A DNA stretch of 64,000 nucleotides from Hypanus sabinus (Eukaryota): the NCBI RefSeq assembly GCF_030144855.1, contig NC_082731.1:24862001-24926000 (forward strand), given 5' to 3'. The position numbers and the translations under genes were made by a program. Positions 24,184 through 35,060 of this stretch are shown in pieces (within the stretch, counting starts at the first letter, position 1; each line of letters opens with the position of its first letter). The notes beneath the pieces are model-generated. The model was not told where the DNA came from and ran no database searches. It worked only from the letters and a program-made list of their open reading frames with translations.

Positions 24184-24468
24184 AATTCTTCTGCCAGTCC
24201 GTGTCCCAGAGCCCAACATCCGTGACGAAAAATGAATGCCAGTCTCTCACGATCACATGCCAGTTCCATAAATATTGGGAAAGCGATTTCTTTGAAACTG
24301 GAGAGTTCTTCAAACATACGCAGCAACTAACAGACTGGGAGCGTATCCACACCGGTGGAAGATTTAGTATAAAGGAGAATAAAGCAGAAATGACACTTAC
24401 CCTGAAAATTACAAATCTCGAAGTTCAGGACAGCGCCACCTATTTCTGTAAAGTGAAATATAAATATA
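24184..24468 (+). CDS. NAR-TCR (IgNAR-like) V exon, open
   Basis: Acceptor TTTTCCAG. Translation QFFC/QSVSQSPTSVTKNECQSLTITC...DWERIHTGGRFSIKENKAEMTLTLKITNLEVQDSATYFCKVKYKY. Two canonical Cys and the short C'C''-less GGR(F/Y) region typical of NAR V. Confidence 0.92.
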
Positions 24469-24507
24469 CACAGAGCTGGGAAACGGACTCCCGCAGTACA
24501 CAAGTAA
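24469..24507 (+). other. 23-type RSS of the NAR V
   Basis: CACAGAG followed by a 22/23-bp spacer and ACACAAGTA or CACAAGTAA (weak nonamer). Confidence 0.75.
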
Positions 24508-24810
24508 GTGCTGTAAATTATTCCATCTACAGTTTAAGGAGCAGAGTTAATCTGCTGATAATTCCACAAGGCTCTTCGCCTGCGTTCCATTCAGTATAGT
24601 TTCTAATAGTTTCAGTGTTCATACTGTAGTTTTTATCTCTTCTGAATTTGCATGTATAAAACCATCATTCCCAAAAAAACTGGGTAGCAAACAGCAACTG
24701 AGAACGACTTTCCCCTTCCCAAACCCATACATCAGATAGGATGTTCCTCCAGTAGCATGGAAGTTGAACAACAGCTAGAAAGCCTGCATCTCCGGCCCCG
24801 TCCCGTTCTG

Positions 24811-24878
24811 AGATTTGAACCTGACTTGAAACACCGTGGATATTGGGACACACAACGGAAGTTAATGGAACAAAAACC
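24811..24878 (+). other. NAR-TCR D segment (24839-24850, GATATTGGGACA) flanked by 12/12 RSS
   Basis: 5' side: AGATTTGAA (weak), 12 bp, CACCGTG (24832-24838). 3' side: CACAACG (24851-24857), 12 bp, ACAAAAACC (24870-24878, perfect). All three D frames are open (DIGT, ILG, YWD). Confidence 0.88.
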
Positions 24879-25189
24879 CTGGGTCCAAATGAAGTCTCTA
24901 TTCCAGAGTCCGGAAATAGAATCATATGTTGGATTACTTTCACGCTGTGATCTGGTGAATTCTATTATAATTTGCACATTTCAGCATATTTCTCTTGACA
25001 TTTCCTGCAGTTGAAGGAACCTACCTTCGTAAAGTATGAAGCGTCCAGTTCGCAGAGTTTTCCTTTTAACAGATATCTTCTCGGGGTTTTGCGGAGCACT
25101 GGATACTGTTTTAATTTTTTCATGTCTCTAAAGTCTGGAATTGTCGTAGACTGTCCAGTGACGACTGCAGATAACACAGAGGTGAGTAT

Positions 25190-25289
25190 CATTCTTGCAA
25201 CAATGAGACAGACAGTCGGATCACCGTGAATTACAAAACAAAATACGTAGATGGAACCGGGTCCAGAGTCACTGTCACAGTCGGTGAGT
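25190..25289 (+). CDS. NAR-TCR J segment (25229-25283) with 5' 23-RSS and splice donor
   Basis: CATTCTTGC, 23 bp, CACCGTG (25222-25228). J = NYKTKYVDGTGSRVTVTV + G|GTGAGT, phase 1. Confidence 0.88.
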
Positions 25290-26658
25290 ATCTGAACAGG
25301 CTACATATATAAAGCGGTTTATTCAATGTTCTTGCAAGCGCAGTTTTGGGAAGATATCAAGTTTGATTGAGATTTCAGAGATAGAAGCTGTAAAGTTATG
25401 CTAGATAAAGTACAACGCGTTTGGAATACCAGGCGTTAGCTCGTCTTACGAAAGGTACAATTATTGTAAAAGCAGCACATTTCTGTAGACTTGCATTTCA
25501 GGAAGAGCGGAAAGTGTTCATTCAGAAATGCAGTGCAGCTATTTCTGTTACCAGCAGGAGGTTTGGGGGCAAGAGAAGAAATGTGATCTGGGGTCTGCAC
25601 ATTCGCTACTAAGTATGATAGAATTTCACAGGGAAGTCCTGTGATAAATGAGGTTGCCAGTCCAAAGAAACTGCATGTTGTAAAATTGAGACATTAACTC
25701 TATATCATGCAGAAACTATAGATACTAATAGTCAGCGCAGACGCCCAGTTACGAATGAGTCTGACACGTGCGGGTAAATTGCCACATTTAGCAGACTGCG
25801 TGAGATCATTTTAAGATAACAGAATATGTACCATATGCAGTAAAAGTTAAACAAGAATTATCAAGAGAAAACACATATGAAAACTGGCTGAACTGTAAAT
25901 AAAACGGAGGATGAATTGGCACACCGAATGAGGACAAAGAGCAAAAATATGCAGATGCTGAAAACCAAAAAAAAAACACACGCGGAAGTCTAAAGGAACT
26001 GCGAAAGCCAGATAGCATCTATGAATATCCCGATGAATTGTCTCTGCTTGAAGCATCGTCTGCTTACTCCTTTCCGTAGATGCTTCCTGACCTGCTGCAA
26101 TCCGTGGGTTCATTGCACCGAATAGTTAGGAATTTTTAGACCGGGATGTATAAAATTAAACAACGTGTACTACTTGTTCCACAGGTCTTCATCAATAGCA
26201 TAGAAAAAAACTCCCTTCTCATGTCTCCTAATTTGCTAAATCGAAGAGCAACATCTTTCTAGTGAATGCAATAATCTTTCTTCTTGTTTATCTTTCCTTT
26301 CCAGTAAAAAAAAGAAAAAAAATAGAATGTTACAACATAGAAAATGTAGATCCTCCAAGCCTCTGGATGACGGCACTGGAAGATTGTTTCATAAACATGA
26401 TATATTTGATTTATTAATTCCTGTGAGGTTTTAAATTTTCGAGCATTTAAGTGTAGTAGTTTCATTTATCCTTCTAGATCATATGATAATTATTTCTCCA
26501 CCACTGCAAGAAGCAGGAGTATTTGCCATGGGCAATAAAATCATTTTGGAGACACGGTCAACGAAAGCAGCAAGTGTGCGCCCTTCACTTATTAGTATGA
26601 ATACCGGTTCCAGAAATGGCAGTAAAGTAATAGCGATTCCTTTTTTACATTTCCTCAG

Positions 26659-26964
26659 ATCCATTATCCGTGGAGTCCAGAAGTCCGTCACGACTATCAT
26701 CTTATGCTGAAGACAACGTCACATTAAGCTGCAAGTATTTCGGGTTTTGTACATATACGGTACACTGGTTCCGGCAGTTCCAATCGGACCCTCCAAATCT
26801 TCTGCTCCAGAGCCACACTTCTGGTGAACAGGATCAGGAAAATGCTGCCGAAAGACACTACTTCGGCTCTGTCGATCCTGTCAAGAAAATCAGCATGTTA
26901 ATGATCTCGAAACTGCAAGTAAGCGACTCAGCTTTGTATCAATGTGCCTTAAGTCGACGAGGAG
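26659..26964 (+). CDS. TRDV: Leaderless supporting TCR delta V exon, open
   Basis: Acceptor TTTTTTACATTTCCTCAG. Phase-1 frame gives DPLSVESRSPSRLSSYAEDNVTLSCKYFGFCTYTVHWFRQFQSDPPNLLL...ISKLQVSDSALYQCALSRRG, with C, W and C present. No leader exon was found upstream. Confidence 0.92.
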
Positions 26965-27003
26965 CACAGTGGTAGACAGGAGGGAACGAGATGCGCAAAA
27001 ACC
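26965..27003 (+). other. 23-RSS of the supporting V delta
   Basis: CACAGTG, exactly 23 bp, GCAAAAACC. Confidence 0.95.
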
Positions 27004-27327
27004 TCAAACTGGTGGGTTACACTGTGTTTCAAAAGACGAAAGGAGCTGTACAAAAATATGCGAGCGCCAAAACCGCAGAGAAGAGACTGAGAATCCTGCA
27101 CTAATCTTTCAGGTTCGATCAGATGCAAAGTGAAATCCTTATATTCCGTCCCAAATGAAGTCTATTCGATGGTTTTCGTGCCATCATTTAATGGTGCGAA
27201 CTCGCCGCTACTTACATGCGCGCACTTTTGGAGTTTTCGGTTCCGAATGAGTCGTTCACCCGCCACCCGAGAACAAATATATTGTGGCGAGCATTCGGTC
27301 CACGATACACACGAAAAAATCTTATAA

Positions 27328-27394
27328 AAGATAGATTGATAGATAGATAGATGAATAAATACATAAATAAACAAATACATAAATAAACAAACAA
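27328..27394. repeat. Compound microsatellite (GATA)n/(AAAT/AAAC)n
   Basis: ATAGATTGATAGATAGATAGATGAATAAATACATAAATAAACAAA... Confidence 0.8.
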
Positions 27395-28915
27395 TTGAGG
27401 ACTTCATTGCGATACGCACAAAAACAGACCAGGAACTATGAACGAGGAAATAACTCATTCAGTCACTTGCAGGCAGGTGAGGGATAATTGCACACCTGCG
27501 TTAAAGTCAGGTTGCCCCAGGAACGCGGAACCGAAAAACGGTATAACACAAACTAAAATGTAACAATAAATAAGCATCTCACTATTTGTAATGTAAAATT
27601 ATTAAGGACCATTCGTTCAGGTCAATTCCGACAAACACATTTTTAAAACAAACTGTAGAAAATTAGAAGAAAAAATGAGTCCCTCATTTTGCTCTTTTTT
27701 TTCTCTCTCTAAGAGATCATGCATCCATAGACATGTCTCTTTAAGGATCTTCTGTTCAGACTGATTATTTGAATAGTTTCAAGATAATTACATGCATTTT
27801 CCTGAAAAGTATTATGCAAATATTTTTCAGAAAATAGGAAGCGGATTTTGAAATTATGTTCAGATGATATTAACATCTAATAGAGCGTGACTAGTTACTA
27901 CAGAACTAAAATCCTCCACACTCTAAAGTATGTAATTTGCCATGAAATACATGGTAAAATTGTATTATGAGATGCTTCTGATAAATTTTCAAAACAAATT
28001 TAATTGTTTCATTTATTTCCCAAATATGCTGACAGAGTACTTATGCAATTCAAGGAGCTCGTTCCGGAAATTCCACCGAGTGATTGTATAAATGGGAGAG
28101 TTTATTTTTGTTTTTCTTTTGGAGCACAGCAGCGAATGAGCAATCCCCTATTTACAAAAGCTAACAATTGGTTCTCCAAAGTCCTCTGCAAATTAACTTT
28201 ATTGCTCCTACAGCAAATGAAATGTACTTAACTGCACTAAAATGACAAAAAGATGATAAAACTATTGGAGGTCACGAAATATATAAAGATGGATCATCTA
28301 CCGATCACATATCATGGAACATAGGACAAAGAATATCAAACGGGCAATACACTGCATACTCATCGTCACACGTTGCGGTTCCAAGTAATTTAGGACAACT
28401 GAGCTATCTATTTAAACAGTCCTTCAGACAACGACAGTAAACCCAAATTTATTTTCTACATGATATCTATATGATATTATTTTCAAAATAAATCCACTTG
28501 AATCTTCTATCACTCTTTCTGTTCCCTAGCAAAAATTCCCTGTCTTATTGGAACGTACCTATCACGAACTCCACAGAAATATCCCCTGAACATTTACCAC
28601 ATATCTTCTCTTCCTTTCCCTGAGATCATGTTTTCCCAATTTAAGCTTCCAAGTTCCTGCATGCTAGCCTTATAATTCCCCTTACGTCAATTATTCGTTT
28701 TTATCGTTATTTTGCAGTCTATTATTAAATCTACCATTCACTGTTGAACTGTCTCTGCTGCTCTAATTTGGGTCTAGGCTTTTTAGATTTCCTGTCAGAC
28801 ATGTAACTGGACAGCTAGAAAGTAAGTTTTTGATTTTATTACTATGTGCTAAAGCTGATCAGAAACCAGCAAGGACTGTCTAAATAGATTATATGATGTA
28901 AACGGATAGATTGTG

Positions 28916-30900
28916 AATAGACAATAGACAATAGACAATAGATGCAGAAGTAGAGCATTCGGCCCCTCGAGTCTGCACCGCCATTCTTAGATCATGGCTG
29001 ATCATTCACTATCAATAACCAGTCCCTGCTTTGTCCCCTAATCCCTTGATTCCCCTATCCAGCAGATATCTATCTAGCTCCCTCTTGAAAGCATCCAGAG
29101 AATTGGCCTCCACCGTCTTCCGAGGCAGTGCATTCCACACCTCCACAACTCTGTGGGAGAAGAAGTTTTTCCTCAACTCTGTTTTAAATAACTGACCTCT
29201 TATTCTCAATCCATGCCCTCTGGTACTGGACTCTCCCAACATCTGGAATATATTTCCTGCCTCAATCCTAACAAATCCTTTAATTATCTTAAACGTTTCA
29301 AACAGATCCCATCTCAATCTCCTCAATTCCAGTGTGTACAAGCCCAATCTCTACAATCTATCTGCTTATGACAGCACTTCCATCCCAGGAATCAACCAAG
29401 TGAATCTACCCTGCACTTCCTCAATTGCCAGAATGTCCTTCCTTAAACCTGGAGACCAAAACTGTACACAATATTACAGGTGTGGTCTCACCAGGGGCTT
29501 GTACATATGCAAAAGGACATCCTTGCTCTTGTACTTACTTCCCCTTCTAATAAAGCCCAACATTCCATTTGCCCTCTTCTCTGCCTGTTGCACTTGCTCA
29601 TTCACCTTCATTGACTGATGAACTAGGACTCCAAGGTCTCTTTGCATTTCTCCCTTACCTAACTCTACACCGTTCAGACAATACTCTGCCCTCTTGTTCC
29701 TGCTTCCAAAGTGGATAACTTCACATTTATTCACATTGAATGACATCTGCCATGTATCTGCCCACTCGCCCAGCCTAAACAAGTCTCCCTGTATTCTCCT
29801 AACGTCCTCTTCGCATGTCACACTGCCACCCAGTTTAGGACCTTCAGCAAACTAGCTGATATAGTTTTCAATGCCCTCATCTAAAACGTTGACATAAATC
29901 GTAAAGAGCTGTGGTCCCAATACAGAGCCCTGTAGTACCCCACTAGTCACCTCCAGCCAGTCCGAGAAACACCCATTCACTGCTACCCTTTGCTTTCTAT
30001 CTGCCACCCAGTTTTCTATCCATGTTGAAACCTTGACCCCAGTGCCATGAGCTCTGATTTTACTCACCAATCTCCTATGTGGCAACTTATCGAATGCCTT
30101 CTGAAAATCTAGGTACACTACATCCACTGGCTTACCCTCGTCTAACATCCTTGTTACACCCTCAAAAAACTCCAACAGATTAGTCAAGCATGATTTGCCC
30201 TTGGTAAATCCATGCTGGCTCGGCCTAATCCTATTACTGTCATCAAGATATACCACTATTTCGTTCTTATTAATGGACTCAAGCATCTTCCCCACAACTG
30301 ACGTTAGGCTAACAGGGCGATAGTTCTCCGTTTTCTCCTTCACCCCATTCTTGAAAAGCGGGATAACATTAGCCACTCTCCAATCTTCAGGAACTGATCC
30401 TGAATCTAAGGAACATTGGAAAATGATTACCAATGCATCCGCAATTTCCTGAGCCACCTCTTTTAGAAACCTCGGATGCAGACCATCTGGACCCGGGGAT
30501 TTATTTGCCTTCAGTCCTATCAGTCTATCCATCACAGTTTCTTTTTTAATGTCAATCTGTTTCAATTCATCTGATATCTTATGACTCTGGCCCATCTATA
30601 CATCTCGGGGCTTGCTTGTGTCCTCCCTGGTGAAGACAGATCTAAAGTACGCGTTAAATTCTGTTGCCATTCCCCTGTTTCCCATAACAATTTCTCCCAA
30701 TTCATTCTTCAAGGGGCCAACATCGTTCTTAACTATCTTCTTTCTCTTCACATAACTAAAAAAGCTTTTGCTATCCCCTTGTATATTCCTGGCCAGACTG
30801 AGCTCATACCTGATTATTTCTCACCGTATTGCTTTTTTAGTTAAGATCTGCTGTTCCTTAAAACTTTCCCAATCATCTGTATTCCCACTCATCTTAATAT
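28916..30900 (-). mobile_element. CR1 LINE 3' half (RT to 3' tail)
   Basis: ORF 29852-30595 has KSPGPDGLHPR, NYRPVSLTSVVGK, YLDFQKAFD and QGSVLGP. ORFs 29474-29821 and 29012-29347 cover the C-terminus. (ACAATAG)n tail at 28916-28943. Confidence 0.95.
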
Positions 30901-31049
30901 GAGTGTATACATCTCAGGGTCCATACCCTGCATGAAGACATTAGAAACGAGCCAAAGTCTACAACCACAGAGAGCAGTAAATTGTAAACCTGTTTGCTTA
31001 TCATTTAATACCATATCTGCTCGTTTATTATGGATTATCATATAATTAA

Positions 31050-31292
31050 AGGAAGGTCAAGAGAGATATTAGAGGCAGGTTTTTCACTCAGAGAGTGGTT
31101 AGTGCGTGGACTGCACTGCCTGAGTCAGTGATGGAGGCAGATACGCTAGTAAAGTTTAAGAGACTACTATATAGGTATATACAGGAATTTAAGGTGGGGG
31201 GGGTGGTTATGTGAGGCAGGGTTTGAGGGTCGGCACAACATTGTAGGCCGAAGGGCCTGAACGAGCTGTACTATGTTCTGTGTTCTATGTTA
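31050..31292 (+). mobile_element. Short CR1 3'-end insertion in the opposite orientation
   Basis: TTTTCACTCAGAGAGTGGTTAGTGCGTGG...GGCCGAAGGGCCTG...TATGTTCTGTGTTCTATGTT tail. Confidence 0.8.
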
Positions 31293-32990
31293 AACCCTTT
31301 GTTCTAGGGCGATGCAATCGATACGGGAGATTAATATCTCTCAACACGACAGCTGTGTTATTATTATTCCTTGCCAGGATCTGATTCCCCATCTGTTCCT
31401 CGATAATCTTGTTAGTACTGGGCGGCATTTTAAAATCAACCAGTAGAATTATTTAGCCCTTCCTGTTCCTAGCCCCCACCCTCAGAGATTCCGTAGACAA
31501 TCCCTCCATGACGACCACCTTTTCTGCCACCCTGACATTATCTCTGATGAATAGTGCCATGCCCCCCACGTCTTTTGCATCCGTCCCTGTATTTTCTGAT
31601 TGTTCTAAATCCCGGCACTTGAAGTAATCATTTCTGCCCCGAAGCCTTCCAAGTCTCTGTTATGGCCACCAACCAGAGATCTAATATTCATCTACGATCT
31701 AATCTCATCAGCTTTGTTCACAATACTTCATGTGTTCAAATCGACACAACTCAAACCTTCAGACTGAACGCGTCCCTTCACTGTCACCTGCTTATTCTCC
31801 CTCTCACACTGTCTCCAAGCTTTCTATATTTGTGAGCTGACCTCTCTCGGTCTCTCCAGTTCGTTTCCCACCCAACAATTCCAGTTTAAACGCTCTCCAG
31901 TAGCCAAAGCAAACTTCCCCGCCAGGATTCTGGTCCCCCTGGGATTCAAGTCCAACTCGTCCTTTTTGTGCAGGTCACACCTGCCCCAAAGTAGATCGCA
32001 ATGTTTCAGATACCTGTATCCCTGGCCTCTGCTGCAAACTCTCAGCAACGAATTTATTCTCCATCTCAATCTACTCCTACACTCACTGTTACGTCTAACA
32101 GGCAGTAATAACAAAATTAGTACATTAGCCGTCCTGCTTATCAAATTCCTTCCTAACTCCCTGTAGTCTGTATTCAGGCCTCTTCTCTTTTCCTACCTAT
32201 GCTATTGGTGCCAGTATGTATCACGACCTCTGGTTGTTCTCTGTCCAACTGCAAGTTCGACGCGATCTGAAACATCCAAGAACTTTGCACCTGGGAGGCA
32301 GTCTGCCATCCGAATTTCTTCACTTGATCCACAGAAACCCTTGTCAGTCACCTAACGATAGTGTCCCCTATCACTACGGCCTTTCTCCTACTTTCCCTGC
32401 TCTTTTGGGCCACAAGGCTGGACTCAGTGACAGAGGTATGGAAGCTGTTGCTCCTCCTTGTTAGGCTGCTGCCACCAACAACAGTCAAACAGGACTACTT
32501 ATTGTTCAGGGGTACAGCCACCGGGATATTCTTTAATTCCTAACTCTTCCCCTCACCTCTCCTGAGTGTAACCCACTTGTCTGTGTCCTGTAGCTACGGT
32601 GTAACCACCTGTCAAAACACCTTTCTATCACCTCCTCGCTTTCCTTGAACAGAAGATGTTAATTGAGTTCGAACTACAGTTCCCTAACGTGGTACTATAG
32701 GAGGTAATTTAAAAGATTAAACTGGTTCCTTACCAGGTGAAGATATGTCTGTCCAGGAGACTGGGAGACACCAGGGCTTCCCACATCTGACATCGAGCGG
32801 AGAACACCGGCCTCATACACATACATCCTTTCCACAATTAACACATAGAATCCTACCTCGCCTCCTGCCGTTACAATTTAAGTCCGTTGAGACAAAGACC
32901 TAGCACGCTGCTACCATCTCATTCCGCCGCTCTCTGGATATGGCAGTCGTATTTTAAACGTTTCCCTCTCTGCTAGCTATTTTCAAGCGC
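31293..32990 (-). mobile_element. CR1 LINE 5' part: ORF1 esterase (SGNH-like) and endonuclease remnants
   Basis: ORF 31824-32144 contains WGRCDLHKKDELDLNPRGTRILAGKFA, a decayed form of the DGLHLN esterase block of CR1 ORF1. Confidence 0.75.
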
Positions 32991-33677
32991 CTGCGCAGTT
33001 TTGCCTTTCGTTACTCTGAGTTGAAAATACCTAAGACCCGGGAATCCTTAGCCGTTGCACTCGCAGCCATCTTCATTCGAGTCACAAATCACAAGGTAAT
33101 TTTTAACGTCACAAACAGTGAGGGTCTTGAAAGAGTTGCCAAGGAGTTCCGAAACTTCGATAATAATAACGCCCAATTTACACAGTACCATACCTTCGGA
33201 GAGCCGGAGAACTTTGAAACCACTCTTCCAATGTCCCTTGGATCCCATGCCTGGTGACCTTCGCGAAATACAATAGCAGCTGGGATTTCACTGCTGCTCA
33301 AGAGCCGAAATGGTACAGACTATGTCCGAAAGATTATGATTTAAGCACCAAAAGCATACAGAATGGCTCTTAGGTTTTAAATGCTGCCGCAGCATTTACG
33401 CCTTCCCTATCTTCCAATACGTCAAAGCCATTGAACATGCGCAAATTACTATTACAGTTGAACATCAACAACCCTCTAAAGTCAGAATTTCTGCACAAAG
33501 CTAATCAAGCTCCATGAATGCTGGTACTATTTTCAGGAATACCGGGACTCCCATCTTGATGGTATGCCGCTGTGCAGCTCCTTGATGAAGGCCACAAATT
33601 TTCCACAAAGTTTCTGCTACTTGTTACCTATGTAACCATTGCTACCCTGCTGCCATCCCTTTATCATCGAACTTGCA

Positions 33678-34167
33678 ATGCTCCTCATGCATTTGTAGTT
33701 AGATTTACTGATAGCGGTGCATTGATATAAGGTCGTCACTCTCAAATTTATGTGTGTATGTTGTGATATCGTCATCGCTGCTGACTAATAGTTTATTTTT
33801 CTTAAGGCTCTTTATCAAATCCAGCTCATATCACAGACGCAAATCGCTGTTTGTAAGGCTTTGTCAATCGTCGCGAACGCGTTGACTGTAATTCAAGTTT
33901 GGAAAATACTTCTCGTTATCTTTAATTGACTTCCTTACTTCTATCATAATATGCTCAGTCATTCAGATAGGTTAATTTTCCTGAAGCTCCTTAATGAAAT
34001 TTTGTTTCCAAATACGAAGCCTGGATAGAAAATGTTTTTTTTTCCCCCGAATCATTGATCTCCTTATTTAAATGATAACAAAATGTTTTCTATTTCATTG
34101 ACTAGGTGAGCATATTCACCGAGGTGAGCACAGAACTCCTGGCAGATTTTGGGTACTTGCAGCACCA
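33678..34167 (+). pseudogene. Candidate heavily decayed V gene (leader-intron-V-RSS layout)
   Basis: Hydrophobic ATG segment 33678-33731 with stops, GT at 33732, branch-like CTGACTAAT, acceptor TTATTTTTCTTAAG (33806). About 320 bp later: GAG|CACAGAA (34129-34135), 23 bp, GCAGCACCA. Protein similarity is weak and fragmented. Confidence 0.3.
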
Positions 34168-34254
34168 GTATTATTTCACGCCGCATCGATGTGTTCGAAA
34201 AGCAACATTGATAAAAGTTAACTATATTGGAAGCCTGCGAATTTCCCAATGTTA

Positions 34255-35060
34255 GTTATTTACTTATTTACACAGAGATAAACGTGAAATAGGCCCTTCC
34301 TGCCCTGTAGGCCACACCGCCCGATAATCCACCATGAAATCATCAGACAGAGGAACTTAAATAGCATATTCAGACGATTGAGTCTGCTGCGCCAACACAT
34401 TATGAATGATCCCACATCCCATTCAACTCCATACACCTGCATTCTCTCGATATACTTTGACTCCCTGAAGGATCAGAAACTATCAACTTCCGCGATTAAA
34501 TGCACCCATGCATTTAGCCTCCACACCAGTCTGTGCCAATAGCATTGTTCTCAATGGTCGGCCATCAATGTTTGCTCCTTTCCTTTGTTCTAAATGTTCA
34601 CCCTCATTTTGGTGGCTGTACTCCCTAGCTCCGAAATAACCCCATAACAGGAAACATCCTCCCCTGTCTACACTATCTTGTGGTTTCAAAGAGTTCCCTC
34701 CGCTTTCTTCTAAATTACAGTGAGTATAGGTCCAAAGCTGCCAAACGCTCCTCATATGTTCATTCGGGACCCTCTTCAGGTCTCTCTCCGAGGGCGACAC
34801 CACCTTTCTAAGAAACTGGGCCCAAAACTGCTGACAATGCTCTAAGTGCAGCCTGACGTGTGTCTTACAAAGTTTCAGCATTTTCACCGTGCTTTTATAA
34901 TTATTCCATTTAAAATAAATGTCAATATTACTTTCGCATTCTTTGTTACATACTCAAATTGCAAATTAAACTTCTGGGCATCTTACTCGAGGACTCCTCA
35001 GTCTCATGTACTCCAGATCAAAAGATTTAACTCTAGCATAATTACGGGACAGATTACAAT
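34255..35060 (-). mobile_element. Degenerate CR1 3' remnant
   Basis: ORF 34483-34887 has MLKLCKTHVRLHLEHCQQFWAQFLRK, equivalent to LYRARVRPLLEYCVQF at 62276-62872. Confidence 0.75.

Noticed and set aside
26483-26658. ATG-containing ORF upstream of the supporting V as a possible leader
   Set aside because: Not hydrophobic, no suitable donor, and not conserved as coding in the paralog. Consistent with a leaderless V.
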